From assembly GCF_009914755.1 (NCBI RefSeq), contig NC_060933.1: a stretch of DNA of 64,000 nucleotides. The stretch is one strand, 5' to 3'. Below the pieces are notes generated by a model, which saw only the letters and a list, made by a program, of their open reading frames with translations, was not told the origin of the DNA and did no database searches. This DNA is from the human T2T-CHM13v2.0 reference genome, Homo sapiens. How positions within the stretch are numbered: the first letter of the stretch is position 1; the number at the start of each line of letters is the position of its first letter. Below, piece after piece: positions 44,234 to 62,335 of this stretch. The position numbers and the translations under genes are program-made.

Positions 44234-44874
44234 AGCACAGAGGTTTGTTAGTGACTTCCTGAAGAGTTTCAGAAGGTATTTGAAAACTTAAAAAGTCAAA
44301 TGAAATAGAACTTTGGTATAAAAACCACAACGATTTAAAAGTCATGCCTGTTGTAGTTTGAGGAAGCCAACAATCAGAGAGTCTCCAGAGGGAATGGTGT
44401 TTGGTAACACATGAGTGTGATTGCCCCCTTGCAGAAGAGGTTATCATAGAGATCTTGGGAATGTACTCATAATAAAATTCATGAGTGATGGATGCACAAG
44501 TCAGATGTCATTTTATTAATTTTCAGTAAAAATATAATTGTTTTAAAGACAAGGGAATTTAAGCTTTAATGACACATGCATATTCTCAATCTGGGAAGTC
44601 TATAGTTTATACCTAAAAGCTAAATAACTAAAAAGTGACTTAGAGAGTATAGTCAGCAACATGAATGTTATTTAGATAATCTTAATGGCCAGTGTCATAA
44701 AGCTATGACAATCTCGTGAATTCATCTTTCTGATATAGGAGTGGTCCTCCATTCTGACCTGATATTTATATTCATAGGTAGGAGGCCATTTTTTCCTGCA
44801 TGGTACTGGAAACAGAGTACTCATATTATTGCTGTAAACTTTCAAACAGCAGAACATCCCATTTCTGATTGATT

Positions 44875-45220
44875 CTTTTTTATTCATTGGTTCAATAAAT
44901 ATTTAATGAATATGTATTGTCAGGCACTACGCTAATGCTGTGCATAAAAGAGGGAGCAAGAGAGACACAGCCCCTGTCCTCACATAGATTAAGATCTAGT
45001 GATGACAGATATACAATCAAACAAGCTGTGATCACAGTTGGTATGGTAGAGGAAGTACAGGGTGGCATGAAAGTGAATAAGAGGGCCACCTAACCCAGAA
45101 AAAGGGATCAGGGAAATCTTCCAGCAGGAAGTGATGTTTTACTGGGGACTTGAAAGTTGAGTACAAATTAGCGAGGTAAAGGGGAGACTGTCTTAGGCAG
45201 GGGACCAAGATGAGCAAACA
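44875..45220 (-). mobile_element. L2 3' fragment
   Basis: 'ttcaataaatatttaatgaatatgtattgtcaggcact...cagcccctgtcctcac'. Confidence 0.7.
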
Positions 45221-45343
45221 AAAAAAATTGAAAAAATAGAAAAACCTCAGATACGCTTTTTTGAGAAAGTGTCTCTTTGCAGAGACATATTTTTTAAAAA
45301 AGATAATATACATTGTTGATGAGTGTATGGGTAACCCCCTTTT

Positions 45344-47293
<1,950 letters not shown>

Positions 47294-47640
47294 GGTAACC
47301 CCCTTTTGTCCACTGCTGATAGGAATGTAAATTGTTATACATATTTTAAAGGTTATTTCAGAAGTTTAAAGGTATAAACTTTGTAAACTTGACACTGTAA
47401 TTTTAGATACTTGTTCTGAAGAAATAATTGTGGATGTATAAAATGATATAAAATATATAAGGTCTTGACTTTATAAAGAGAAAAACTGGAAACTGGAAAA
47501 TGGGTTCAATAAATTCTTATATGTAATGAAAAACATTATGCAGCTAATAAAAGTATTATTATCAAAACACTTAATGACCTAGATCTTGGGGTTAGCAAAC
47601 TATAGCCAAACTATGGCAAAATGGCCTGCAATCTGCTTTG

Positions 47641-47895
47641 TTTTTTACTTTTTTCTTTTGAAACAACTATATATTCACGGGAAGTTGCAAAGAGTACAGA
47701 AAGGTACTCTGTACCCCTCAACTAGTTTCCTCTACTGGTTAAATCTTACTACAGTGCAATATCAAACCATAAAATTGACATTAGTACAATATGTGTATAG
47801 ATTCTTGTAATTACAAGTACAATCAAGATACTAACTCTTCCATCACCACACAAATCTCCCTTGTGCTACCCTTTTATAGTCATACCCACCTCTTC
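47641..47895 (-). mobile_element. L1MC-type 3' end (probably continues at ~51290-51555)
   Basis: 'attcacgggaagttgcaaagagtacaga...tcccttgtgctacccttttatagtcatacccacc'. A minus-strand ORF2 remnant resumes after the L1MA. Confidence 0.7.
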
Positions 47896-47896
47896 T

Positions 47897-51287
<3,391 letters not shown>

Positions 51288-53269
51288 GACCACACAAACT
51301 TAATTATTATAGCTTTAAATATGTCTTAAATTAGATACATTGATTCTTTCCTCTTCAGTTTTTCCCTGTAAAAATTGTTTTAGCTCTTCTAGTTCCTTTG
51401 CTTTTCCATATCAATTTTAGGATAATCTTATCTGTATCTGCAAAAAATATTTTGCTGGGAATTAATATGAGTTATGTTAATCCTATACATAAATTTGAGG
51501 AGAATTAGTATCTTTATTATGTTGAGACTTTCAATCCATGAACACAATATGTCTGCTACCTGTTTTTTTAATAAATAAAGTGCTATTGGAACACAGCCAT
51601 GTCCAATTATTTATATATTGTTTATATTGTATATATTTATGGTTGCTTTCCCATTATAATATCAGAGTTAAGTCGTTGTGACAAAGACTGTGTGGCTTAC
51701 AAAGCCTAAAATATTTACTACCTGGCCCTTCACAGAAATTTTGCCCACATCTGGATCAGATAAATATCTGTGCTATATTGTTAAGTGGGAGAAAGCATAT
51801 TATGAAACACTATAAATGGTATGTATTATTTCAATTTTAAACATAAGTTTTAATGACACTCATATGTATATGTATAATAAAATGACTGAAGTAATATAAA
51901 ACCAAAATTTTAACTACTTTTTTCAAGATAGTAGTATTAAGGGTGATTTAAAAAATTTTCTTTTTGGTTTTCTGCATTTTTCTTTTATTCTATCCTAAGT
52001 GGCTAAAAGGAATTTAACAGGTTAAGAGAAGATTTTCCTTTCAAATTTCTCTCTCAACAGTCTTATGAGACTTGTTCCTTTCAGGTAGAAAAAGACTTTC
52101 AAATGTAGAAGATATAATAATCAATTATTTCTGTTCAAGATAGTGAATTATGGCTTTACAATACGTATTTTCAAAACATGGGTGAATTATTGCAGGTTCA
52201 TAATTTAAGCCTACTTAGTCAATAAGTACAGATAAGAAAATGCCATAGATATAAATAATCTGAATCCTTGGTTTATTCTTGATGATTTACTGATTCACAC
52301 CTGACGTTTACTTACTGGTAACTGTAGGCAAATGTAACATGCTTAAGCCTGAATACTAAGATGAGCAAATTGGTTACTGCTTGATGACCATTTCAAATGA
52401 TAAGTACTGGCAAAATAAACAGTTACATTTTTTGCTACCCTCACCCTCTATTAACTATTACTTCAGAGTGACAGGTTTTTTTCAGTTCTGATGGTGGATC
52501 AACATAGATATAGACAGCTCAAATAGCGAGTCACACCAGGAGTGTCACCTGCTATTTGAGAAACTGAGTGGATGGCATAAAACACAGTGATTATAGCTAT
52601 GCTTTCATCTGGAAAGAGCTCTCATAGGGTCATCAAAAACCAAAGGAGTGCTTGGAAGGGACATAGGTACCTGACAGGTTAATAACTCACTTCACAAAGT
52701 CACAATGCGTCTCCAGCAACTCCATTCTTTTCGTGAGGTGATTATTTCTTAAACCCTAATCTTGATTTTTAACCCTACTCTAAATCCACTCTGCAAGTAC
52801 TCCTTCACATGGTGCGAATTAATTATTTTAATAACTCTAGAAATTATACAGTAATAGTTCCCTCATCATAACCACTGAAGAAAGTTTGTATGGGGACAAG
52901 GTTTGAAATTCTAAAAGGCTCTGATCTTTCTCAGAAACAGGCACCAATTTTCTCAAATGAAAACATGTTTATTACATAAAGACCGCAGATGCTCGGAACA
53001 GCTTGTCATCCCTTTGCTTTTAGGTGATGCCCACACAGCACTAAGAACGGCAGAGATCTGGCAATTTTCTAATTAAATGTGATCAATATTGACAACTAAA
53101 CAGCATCATTCCGGCCCCGGAGTAGAGTTCTGGGCCACAATTATCCTATTTGTCTGTCTACATTGCTCACATTAACTGGGTAAATTGGCTGATCAAATCT
53201 CCACTTCCGTAATACCAGCCTGGAGGAGTGAGGCTTAGGAATTCATGCAATAGTAGAGAATGAATAAAA

Positions 53270-53630
53270 GGTGTTCATTTGTTCATCCATTTTTTTTTAA
53301 ACAAATAAAGGTTGACAACTACCCACTTCTACTCTGCTCGGTGTGTAGAATTTACAATAATGAATAAGGCCTTGATTCTTCCCCACAAGAAGCTTAGAAC
53401 TATGGTAAAACAAAACAAAACAAAACAAAAAAACAAAAAAAAACAAACGTGTAATGATAAAGGTGTGATCTAAGGCTGAAGTATCATAAGAAATATACAG
53501 ATAAAGTACTGTAGGAATTCGTAAGATGAAGACGTTACTTCCTGGAATGAAAAAGAGCTTTCTGGAGAAAGTTACTTTGAGCACAAACTTGAAGGCAGGG
53601 TGTGGGGACGTGGCAAAGGCACAGAAAGCG
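53270..53630 (-). mobile_element. L2 fragment containing a (CAAAA)n tract (53407-53447)
   Basis: 'gttcatttgttcatccat...ggccttgattcttccccacaagaagcttaga...gagctttctggagaaagttactttgagc'. Confidence 0.6.
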
Positions 53631-53689
53631 ATGCAGATTAATTAAGACTTGTCGGTAACCCAAAAAGTGTGCTTAAGAGAAGGGGAAAT

Positions 53690-54060
53690 TACTGTTAGCA
53701 TTTAGGGTGTTCGAGGGAAACTTACAGGCAGACATACAGCCAGACCTTAGGAACTAATTGGAATCAAGACTGGTATACAATCAGGAACCTGGGTATTGTC
53801 CTGCTTCAACTTCATTCTTTCTCTCTGCAGACTTGCTTTCTCTGCTTTTCCATTCACATGGTTGACTACGATTGCCCCAACTAATTGAAAGGCAGCAAGG
53901 AGAATCTTCTTGCCCCACATTATGTCAATTTTAGGAACTATTGCCAGGAGAGTGAAGTCATAAATAAACACTGCTTCCAGGGGAAGAAGATCCAGAGGTT
54001 CCTAGATGTGGGGAGATGACTTGCATGCTGGTCAGACGTACCCTGAAGAGCGGCTACTGT
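53690..54060 (-). mobile_element. Old MLT1-like MaLR LTR fragment
   Basis: 'cttcattctttctctctgcagacttgctttctctgc...cacatgg' resembles reverse-complemented MLT1J/K/L. Highly diverged. Confidence 0.4.
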
Positions 54061-54669
54061 GCTGTGCAAGGAAAATGGTAGCACAGTGCAACTAGAATAC
54101 AGGTTTGGAAGGGCAGCTAAGAAAAGATAATGAAAGACTTTGCGGAGAGTCATTGAGAAGGATAGTAACGTAATCTGAACTATGCTTTGGACAAGTTAAT
54201 TTGACATTAAGTATAATGAAATGAAATAATAGATTTCCTTTTGTCTCATTTTTTGTATTCATTAATCTCACTGCATTATAAACGCTATTATAAGCCACTT
54301 TAACTTCTTTTGGAGACAAGATACAAGATGACACAATAATTGTTATTTTTTTAAAAAGAGAGTAAAGATGAGCGGTAATACAAATTCAACTTAGAATTGT
54401 GTTACTTATTACTTTTCTTTGTAACCATAGCATGAACCCAAATAATCACATTTTGAACCCTAATTTTAAAATATGAGGATTCAACTAGAACAAACACGGC
54501 TCTTGTGTGCCCCTCGTCTCATTTACCCCATCCAGATATTGCTAAACGTTTTCGGATCTTTCCTGCTGAGCCTGGACTAAGCCACAGAATCTTTCTCCAC
54601 CCCCCAGGCAGCTCATAAATACCAATTCACTGAAGGTGTTATTCGAGGTTCAAATATTTGCCATCCCTA

Positions 54670-54800
54670 GACTACAATTCTAAATTGCTAAGGATAAAGA
54701 TGAAGCCTTTAGTTCAACCTCCTTATTTTATAGAAGAGTAAACTGAGGCCCAGAAAGAGTAAGTGATTGGCATGTCACACAAACTAGTAAGCTATATCCT
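54670..54800 (-). mobile_element. MIR
   Basis: 'ttatagaagagtaaactgaggcccagaaagagtaagtgattggcatgtcacacaaactagtaag'. Confidence 0.7.
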
Positions 54801-56195
54801 GAGATTATATTCTTTTAGTAATTTTAATGGAAAGAATGTCCTTGCTATTATAATCCTTCTTGTGTGATCATTGAGCGTTGGTTTGAAATTGTTTTTCTTA
54901 ATACATGCAATTGAACTTTCTGAATTTTAATTTTTTTTAATTTTGTACTTCTAACAAACTGATCGGATACTACTGCTTGAATTTACCTTTTCTAGTTAAT
55001 AAAATTTGACTTTTAGTGGACCACTACTGACATACTGGAATTTAGCAATTAGATGAAAGCTCATAGATGTTTCCTTACTATTGTAAAATTGGAACATTGA
55101 CCTATTTCTGAATAAATTTTTTTGATGGCATGTTAAAAAATTAACATTAACCTTTAGTGAATATTACCTGGTCTACTCGGCAAAGCTGGGTACTGTACTC
55201 AATCTTCTGTCACTCATGTATTATTTTCCTCTTCTTGCCTGTGGAGAAAGATGTCCTGATTTCTCAGTTGCTAGGGGAGTGCAAAAACAGAATCCTAGAG
55301 CTTCAAAGTTCTTCAAGAGGTCACCTGATCTGCTCCTTGGAGTACACGGAGATGAACATTTTAATTAACCAAGGCAGAAAACTACTAAAATTATTCTGAG
55401 TGAACTCAATAGATGTAGACAGATTAGGATTTTACATCCTCCCTTGGTATAAACATTTGTTTTAGTTTATAAGCCCCCTTTAGGTAGTATTCATTGCATT
55501 GTGTTGAAATTATTTGCTCAACTGTGGATCTTCCCTTGGAGGCCCTTGAGGACAAGAATGTGTATCTATCATCTTTTAGAGCATCCAGTACATAGAGGGG
55601 GGTTGATAAATGCCCACTGTTTAATGCATAGTGCAGGTGTTCCATTGAATTCCATTTTGTTATAAAGTATGGTGGAATCCTGTGTCCCCCTTTGTTTTGC
55701 CCCTTTGGAGGCACCTACAACTCCAGTGACCCAGCACAGAAACTATACAAAGTGGCCAATCAGGAAATGTTTGTTGAATGAATTAAAAAAAATCTTCACA
55801 GCTTTTGAAAGTCTACTCCTACACTCATTCTTGCATTATCTCTCATTTTCCCAACTTGTACTGTGGTATTTAAGATATTTTTCCCCCTATAAATGTGTTC
55901 ATGCCCTGTGAAACTTTAAAATATTAGCCAAACTGGAAAATATAATAAGCAAAGATCCCCAGTTACATAATTGCTTCTCATGTTGGGGCCTTTTCTTACA
56001 TTGCCAGTTAAATTTAATAAGCAGTCTTGAACATCTCTGTGTGCAAAGTGCAGAGGATGGGGCAGATACTTAAAACTTTTCAGCAGAGGAATAACTTGGC
56101 CAATCACCTATGCCCCGTCGCCCCTTCAATACATCTGATCCTTGCTGACTCCTTTCCTCCCATGTCTGGGCTTCCTCTCACTCTGTTCCTCTACC

Positions 56196-56430
56196 TAGGC
56201 AGTGTAGCGTTACGCTGGCTGTTTGGTCAAACATTTGGAGCTTCAATCCTGACTGCTACTATCCAGTTACCTGAACTCGGAAAAATTACTTAATCTCTCT
56301 GAGTCTCAGTTTTCTCATTTGTAAAATGGGTAGAATTACACTTCCAAGAGTTGTTGGGAGGATTATATGAAATAATGCATGTAAAAGTGCTTTCCGCAGT
56401 GCCCAGCACTGAATGAATGCTAGTTGTTCT
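56196..56430 (+). mobile_element. MIR (near full length)
   Basis: 'ttacttaatctctctgagtctcagttttctcatttgtaaaatggg...gaggattatatgaaataatgcatgtaaaagtgctt'. Confidence 0.85.
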
Positions 56431-58369
56431 CATTATTAGTAGAAAAATGCATCCACTCTTTATGTCTTCATCTCCCACCCTGTCTTCAAGGCCCAGCTGA
56501 AATGTTGCTACCTCTATGAAGATTTCTCTGATGCCAGCCAAACTGATCTTTACCTTTTCATATCTTTTGTACTTACTAGCTCTTTCTCACAATCACTGTC
56601 TAGCTACATGGCACTCTGTTATTCTTCAATGTACACCTGTGTAAAGATGTTCAATGGCATACCACTTTGTTCATAAAATAATTATTCCCTGCATTTATCT
56701 TCTCACATGAGACTTAAACAGCATGTGGGCAAGGACTATGCAAGGCAAAACATAGGATCTCAAAAAATACCTTCTGACTTAATGATTGAAGGGGCTAGAC
56801 CACAAATGATTTAGCTTCCCTTGTTAACTTCTGCCTTCAGTCAGCCTTTTGATTTAAACGAGCCCCATTTTTCTTTGAAAAGACTGCTGCAGTCAATTAC
56901 TGGGCATAAAACACCAGGACAATCATCGGTTTGTGAAGGTTTTCTGTGCCAGATTCTCCTGTTTCCTAGTCAAAACCTTAAGCTTTTTGCACAGCAGTGT
57001 GGAATTGGCATTTCTGTACTAGCCACATCAAATTAGCTTGGAAGATAGCCAAGTCTGGGGTCTTTATTAATTCCAATGGTTCAATTAATGGAACCATTAA
57101 TTCCAATGGTTCATATTTTCCAAAGGAAAATAGTCTCAAGGTCTTGCCAGCCAATTGTAGGCCATGCGTGACAGAGAGCTGCCTTTTCAGTTAGTGGGGT
57201 CTTCATCCCCCACTTCATCCAGTTTCCTGGCCTTGATTAAAGGTATCCTGTTAAATTGTGACAGGAAGGATGCATACAAATTCCAGATAGTGGTTACCTT
57301 TTGGGGTGGAGGTTGAGAGATAGAAGGGGATATGAAGAGAAAGAGAAATAGACACAGTTTCAAATGCAATGCTAACATTTGATTTAGTCAATTTGTTAAA
57401 GTTTACTTGGATGTTAGTTGTATTTTTATACTCTACGGTATAAAAATATATGCACTTTTATATACATATATTTACAGTATAAATACTGAGAATTGCAAGG
57501 CTATTGAATATTAGTCTTTTCCTTGTCATATTATTCCTGCATTCAAAATGCAGTCACCTAGGAATCTAAAACTTAGTATTGGAAAGGTCACCTAGTGATC
57601 TTTACTTAGTCGGCAGGGTTTTCAAACACCAATGCCTTGGATGCTGTGGGAGGTGCCTCAGGCACCACCACAAGGGTCAAGGTGAAGACAGCAGGTGGAG
57701 ACTTGGCCCATCATTCCTTTCAATCACATTTGATTTTGTTTTACATTATTATGATTCTGGGTAAGAAATGGTTAAAGAACCAGGAGGGATGCCAGAATAG
57801 CTATATTCTGATTTAAAAGAATATCAAATGAAATTAGACTGATGGTTATGGCTCCAAAAGGAAGAATGAGGATAAGTGGGTGAAAGTTCCTGTGGGGAGG
57901 CTTTAGTTTGCTCCAAATAGAGTGCAGCTTGCTTGAGGCAATTCCAGTTTATTTATGCCTGTTGTTCCAGGGTAATTTAGTAATTACCCTACAGCACCTC
58001 CATTCACACTCTAATTGTACCAGTTTGGATGATAAATTGTTAAGGTCACCCTAGCTATAAGAAACACTCTTACAACAAATATATCTAAGATTACAAAAGA
58101 CTGCTTCCTGAAGCAGCAGCAAGAAGTAAGGTAAATGCAGAGGACCAGTTAGGGAGCTCTGCTTGACCAGTTGTTTTCAAACTTGAGATTTTTATTATGT
58201 GTCTCTAGGATGGAGCCTGGGAAGCTGAATTTCCACAATCTCCCCAGTGATTATATTGCTTGGCCATTTTAGGACACATTAGGGGGCCTACTGGTTCTCA
58301 AATTGTGAATTCTGATTCCCAAGGGTGGGTGGGATACACAATTATTTTAGTTATTCTAAATGCTGCCTT

Positions 58370-58621
58370 TTTTCCTTCTTTATTTTTAAAATTATTTTTA
58401 TTTTATATTTTTAATTTTTTTCCATAAGTTATTGGGGTACAGGTGGTATTTGGTTGCCTAGGTAAGTTCATTGGTGGTGATTTGTGAAATTTTGGTGCAC
58501 CCGTCATCCAAGCAGTATACACTGCAACATATTTGTAGTCTTCTATCCCTCGTCCCCGCTCCGCCTCTTCCCCTCAAGTCCCCTGTCTCAAGAGCCAGTG
58601 AGAGAAATATGGGGATCTTTT
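58370..58621 (-). mobile_element. 5'-truncated L1PB1-like 3' end with extra 5' sequence
   Basis: 'ttccataagttattggggtacaggtggtatttggtt...aagtcccc'; TSD aatgctgcctt (58359-58369, 58622-58632). Confidence 0.88.
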
Positions 58622-60653
58622 AATGCTGCCTTCTTCCACTGCCTTAGTTATCCATAGCTTCCTTGAAAACGTGCCTCCTGGCATGAAAGCCCCTATAGTC
58701 TTCCTGTGATCCAGCCAGGCCATTTGATGATTGCCAATCATTTCACCTACAGCCCACTCACTGCTAGCCTTCTTATTCTAATTCTCAAGGCTTCTCTAGT
58801 CAAATCTTATTTCTTTCTGTGTTTATCTCCTCTTGCAATATAGTATGGTTACTGTACACTCACCTTTGGGGCTTCCTAGGAATTTATTCTGTCACTCAAG
58901 TTTGACTCTTCAAAAGAGGCTACTTAATTTGGAGAGTAAATTTTAAAACCTCCTTAATCTTTTGGTTCCCTTGTGACTTAGCTGTTCCTAGGAACTCCCA
59001 GTGGAACTGAGTGGGGAAGACCATGGTTGGAGTTTTAAAATGAGTCTATTATAAACTGTTGCATCTGGTACACCTCAGGCACTAGCTGAGATAAATGCAC
59101 AGGTGCTTTGCATAGGTTTAAATCATTTCCATGTTTTCCCTGTCTGCCTTCTTATCCTAGGTCTGATATTACAACTGGCCATTTTATCCACAATGCTTCT
59201 GCAGGCACAATGGTGGCTCAGTCACAAAGGGCCTATACTTGTTAATTTCTTAAGACTCCTTTTAATTTATACTGTGCCCACTGCTCCTTGTTCATCTCCC
59301 TGATACTTTGATGTCTGCTGCTGTGATCTAGTGTTCACTATTTGTTTTGGGCTCCATGGTTTTTGACCCAGTTGGAATCTTCTCTGGCTTGTGAACTACT
59401 TAAGCTCTTTGCTTGGCATATGGTCTGACTTACATATTCCTTTAGATGAATGATGTTAATATCAGTCCTGACCCATGTAGAGTCCCGCAAGCTGGGGTGG
59501 GCCTCCCAGGAGGGGGTTTTGAAATTTTATTTGCAACCGAAGGTCCTGGGTCCTTGACTCATCACCAGCCCAGGGACAGCAGTTGAGGCCATCAAGATAC
59601 CATAGTACTGAAGGCCATGTCATAGCCAGAGGCACTCGTGGCTCAGCTAGTGGAGAAAAGTTTGGAGTTACTGAGAATTCATTTGTAAACACTCCTCTGC
59701 CTGATAGTTTGTTAGAACTGTACTTCTTTGGCAGCTCTACATGTAAACTCAGGGCTTCCGGGGCCTGGAAACACTATAAGTAGTTTTGCTTTGTGTCTGT
59801 TGAGGTTAGGAGGTGCTGAGAAATCCATGATTCCTACCAACAACCTGAGAGCATCCCTGTATGGTGTTGTACCAAGTTCTAGCATGTCTTATGATTGACA
59901 TGGGTGCTGAACTCTAATGAAATTGAAGTGAGAATGTACTCACCTAGCTGAAGGGATAGGAGTTTGGCTTTTTTGTGACCCTTCATGTTCTTTTGTTGAG
60001 TTGCTCTTCTGCTTAATATCTTAAATCTTCATTTTAGGATAGGGCCATCTGCTGTCATTCTGCATTCCTTTTGGCTTAAAGAACTTTTTAGATCCCTTTG
60101 TGACTGAATTATAGATAATCGCAATACCCCAGTGGTGTATATGTAAATCTGGAGCTCATCTTTTAGTGTATGGATACTGGGCAATGGGGAGGACATGTTT
60201 GCCTTTAAGTGACAGCCTTGGTACTGAGACAGCTGAAGCACCTGGGTCCATCTGGAAGTATTTAAATTGCTAATTGGCAGATGCTGTACATCACAGCATA
60301 AAGAACTCAGGAGAAAATAAGAAGGAACCCTCATTTACAATCATCAAATACTCCTCCTGACTTCCTTAATAGGTTCTTTAAATTACAGGGTAATGAGAGA
60401 AGTGAAATAAGCTGAATTGAGAGTGGATGGCAAAGGACGTTTTTTTAATTGAAGTTTTTATTTATTGAGATAATTCTAGGTTCACATGAAATTATAAGAA
60501 ATAATACAGAAAGATCCCATGTATATTTTGCCAAGTTTCCCCCAATAGTAACATTTTACACAACTATAGTATAATATCACAACTAAGATATGGACATTGA
60601 TATAATCTACTAAAAGGAATTTAGATTCCTTTTAGTTTCAATGATATATCGTG

Positions 60654-60693
<40 letters not shown>

Positions 60694-61699
60694 TCTTTCT
60701 GTGTAGGTGTGTGTTAAGTTCTATACAATTTTACCCACCTGCATAGGTTCCTGTCTCCGTTGCCACAGTCCAGGTACTGAACAAGTCCAACACTATAAGG
60801 ATTTTTTGTGTTGCCCTTTCATGGCCACACTGACTTCCTCCTGTTTCCATTCCCCAACTCCCCAAGTCCAAAACCTTTGGCAACTACTAATATGGCTTTC
60901 ATTTCTGAAATTTTGTTATTTCAAAAAAGTCATATAAATGGAATCTTATAGTATGTAATATTTGGAATTGTCTGTTTCATGTAACTTAATTCCCTGGAGA
61001 TTCATCCAAGTTTTTATATGTATTCTTTTTTTTTTTTTTTTTTTAAATTGCTGACTAGTATCCATGTTGTGTATATACCACAGTTTATTTAACCATTCAT
61101 CCCTTGAAGGATATCTGGGCTGATCCCTGTTTTGGGCTATTACAAATAAAGTTTCCATAAACATTCATGGGTAGATTTTTTGCATGAATATAAATTTTCA
61201 CTTCTCTGAGGTAAATGTTCAAGAGTACACTTACTAGGTCATACAGTAGTTGAATGTTTGGTTTACAAGAAATTGCCAAACCTTTTTCCAGTGACCACAC
61301 CATTTTACATTCCTACTGCATTCTTGCTGGTGTTATTACAATTTTTTATTGTAGCCATTCTGATAGGTATGCAATGATACCTCCTCATTGTGGTTTTAAT
61401 TTGGTTTTAAATAACAGCTAAGAATATTGAACATCTTTTCATATGCTTATTTGCCATCTGCATATCTTCTTCAGTGAATGTCTATGTCTTTTGCCTATTT
61501 TCTAATTGGATCTTTTTTTTTTTGGCTGTTTAGTTTTGAGAGTTCTTTATATATTTTAGATAGTCGTCCTTTGCCAGTTATGTGACTTGCAAATATTTTC
61601 TACTAGTCTATAACTTTTCATTTCGTCATTTCATCCTCTTCATAAAGACTTTCACAGAACAAAAGCTTTTAATTTTGATGAAGGTCAACTTCCTGATAT

Positions 61700-62015
61700 T
61701 TCCTTTTTTTTTCTTCCTTCCTTCCTTCTGACTTCCCTCCCTCCTTCCCTCCCTTCCTTCCTTCCTTGGCAGGGAGTGCAGTGGCACGATCATGGCTCAC
61801 TGCAGCCTTGACCTTCTGGGCTCAAGCAAGCCTCCCACCTCAGCCTACAGGTTCACACCACCACGCCTGGTTAATTTTTTAATTTTTTAATTTTTAGTAG
61901 AGACAAGGTCTTGCTTTGCTGCCCAGGCTGGTCTCAAACTCCTGAGCTCAAGCAATTCTCCTACCTTGGCCTCCCTAAGTATTGGGATTACAGGAATGAG
62001 CCACCAAACTTGGCC
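61700..62015 (-). mobile_element. AluJ-like with tail expanded into (CCTT)n
   Basis: J-type diagnostics 'gatcatggctcactgcagccttgacc' and 'ctcctgagctcaagcaattctcctacc'. Confidence 0.88.
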
Positions 62016-62043
62016 AATCTTTTCTTTTATATATAATACTTTT

Positions 62044-62335
62044 AAAATACATTTTTATTTCTTTCGTCGCCCAGGCTGGAGAGCAATGGCGTAATCTCGG
62101 CTCACGGCAACGGCAACCTCCGCTTCCTGGGCTCAAGTGATTCTCCTGCCTCAGCCTCACAAGTAGCTGGAATTACAGGCACACGCCACCATGCCCAGCT
62201 AATTTTTGTATTTTTAGTAGAGATGGGGTTTCACTATGTTGTTCAGGCGGGTCTTGAACTCCTGACCTCAGGTGATCCACCTGTCTCGGCCTCCCAGAGT
62301 GTTGGGATTACAGGCGTGAGCCACCGCATCCAGCC
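62044..62335 (-). mobile_element. AluSx/Sz-like lacking ~20 terminal bases
   Basis: 'tgacctcaggtgatccacc'; TSD tcttttatatataatactttt (62023-62043) / tcttttataggtaatactttt (62336-62356). Confidence 0.92.
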
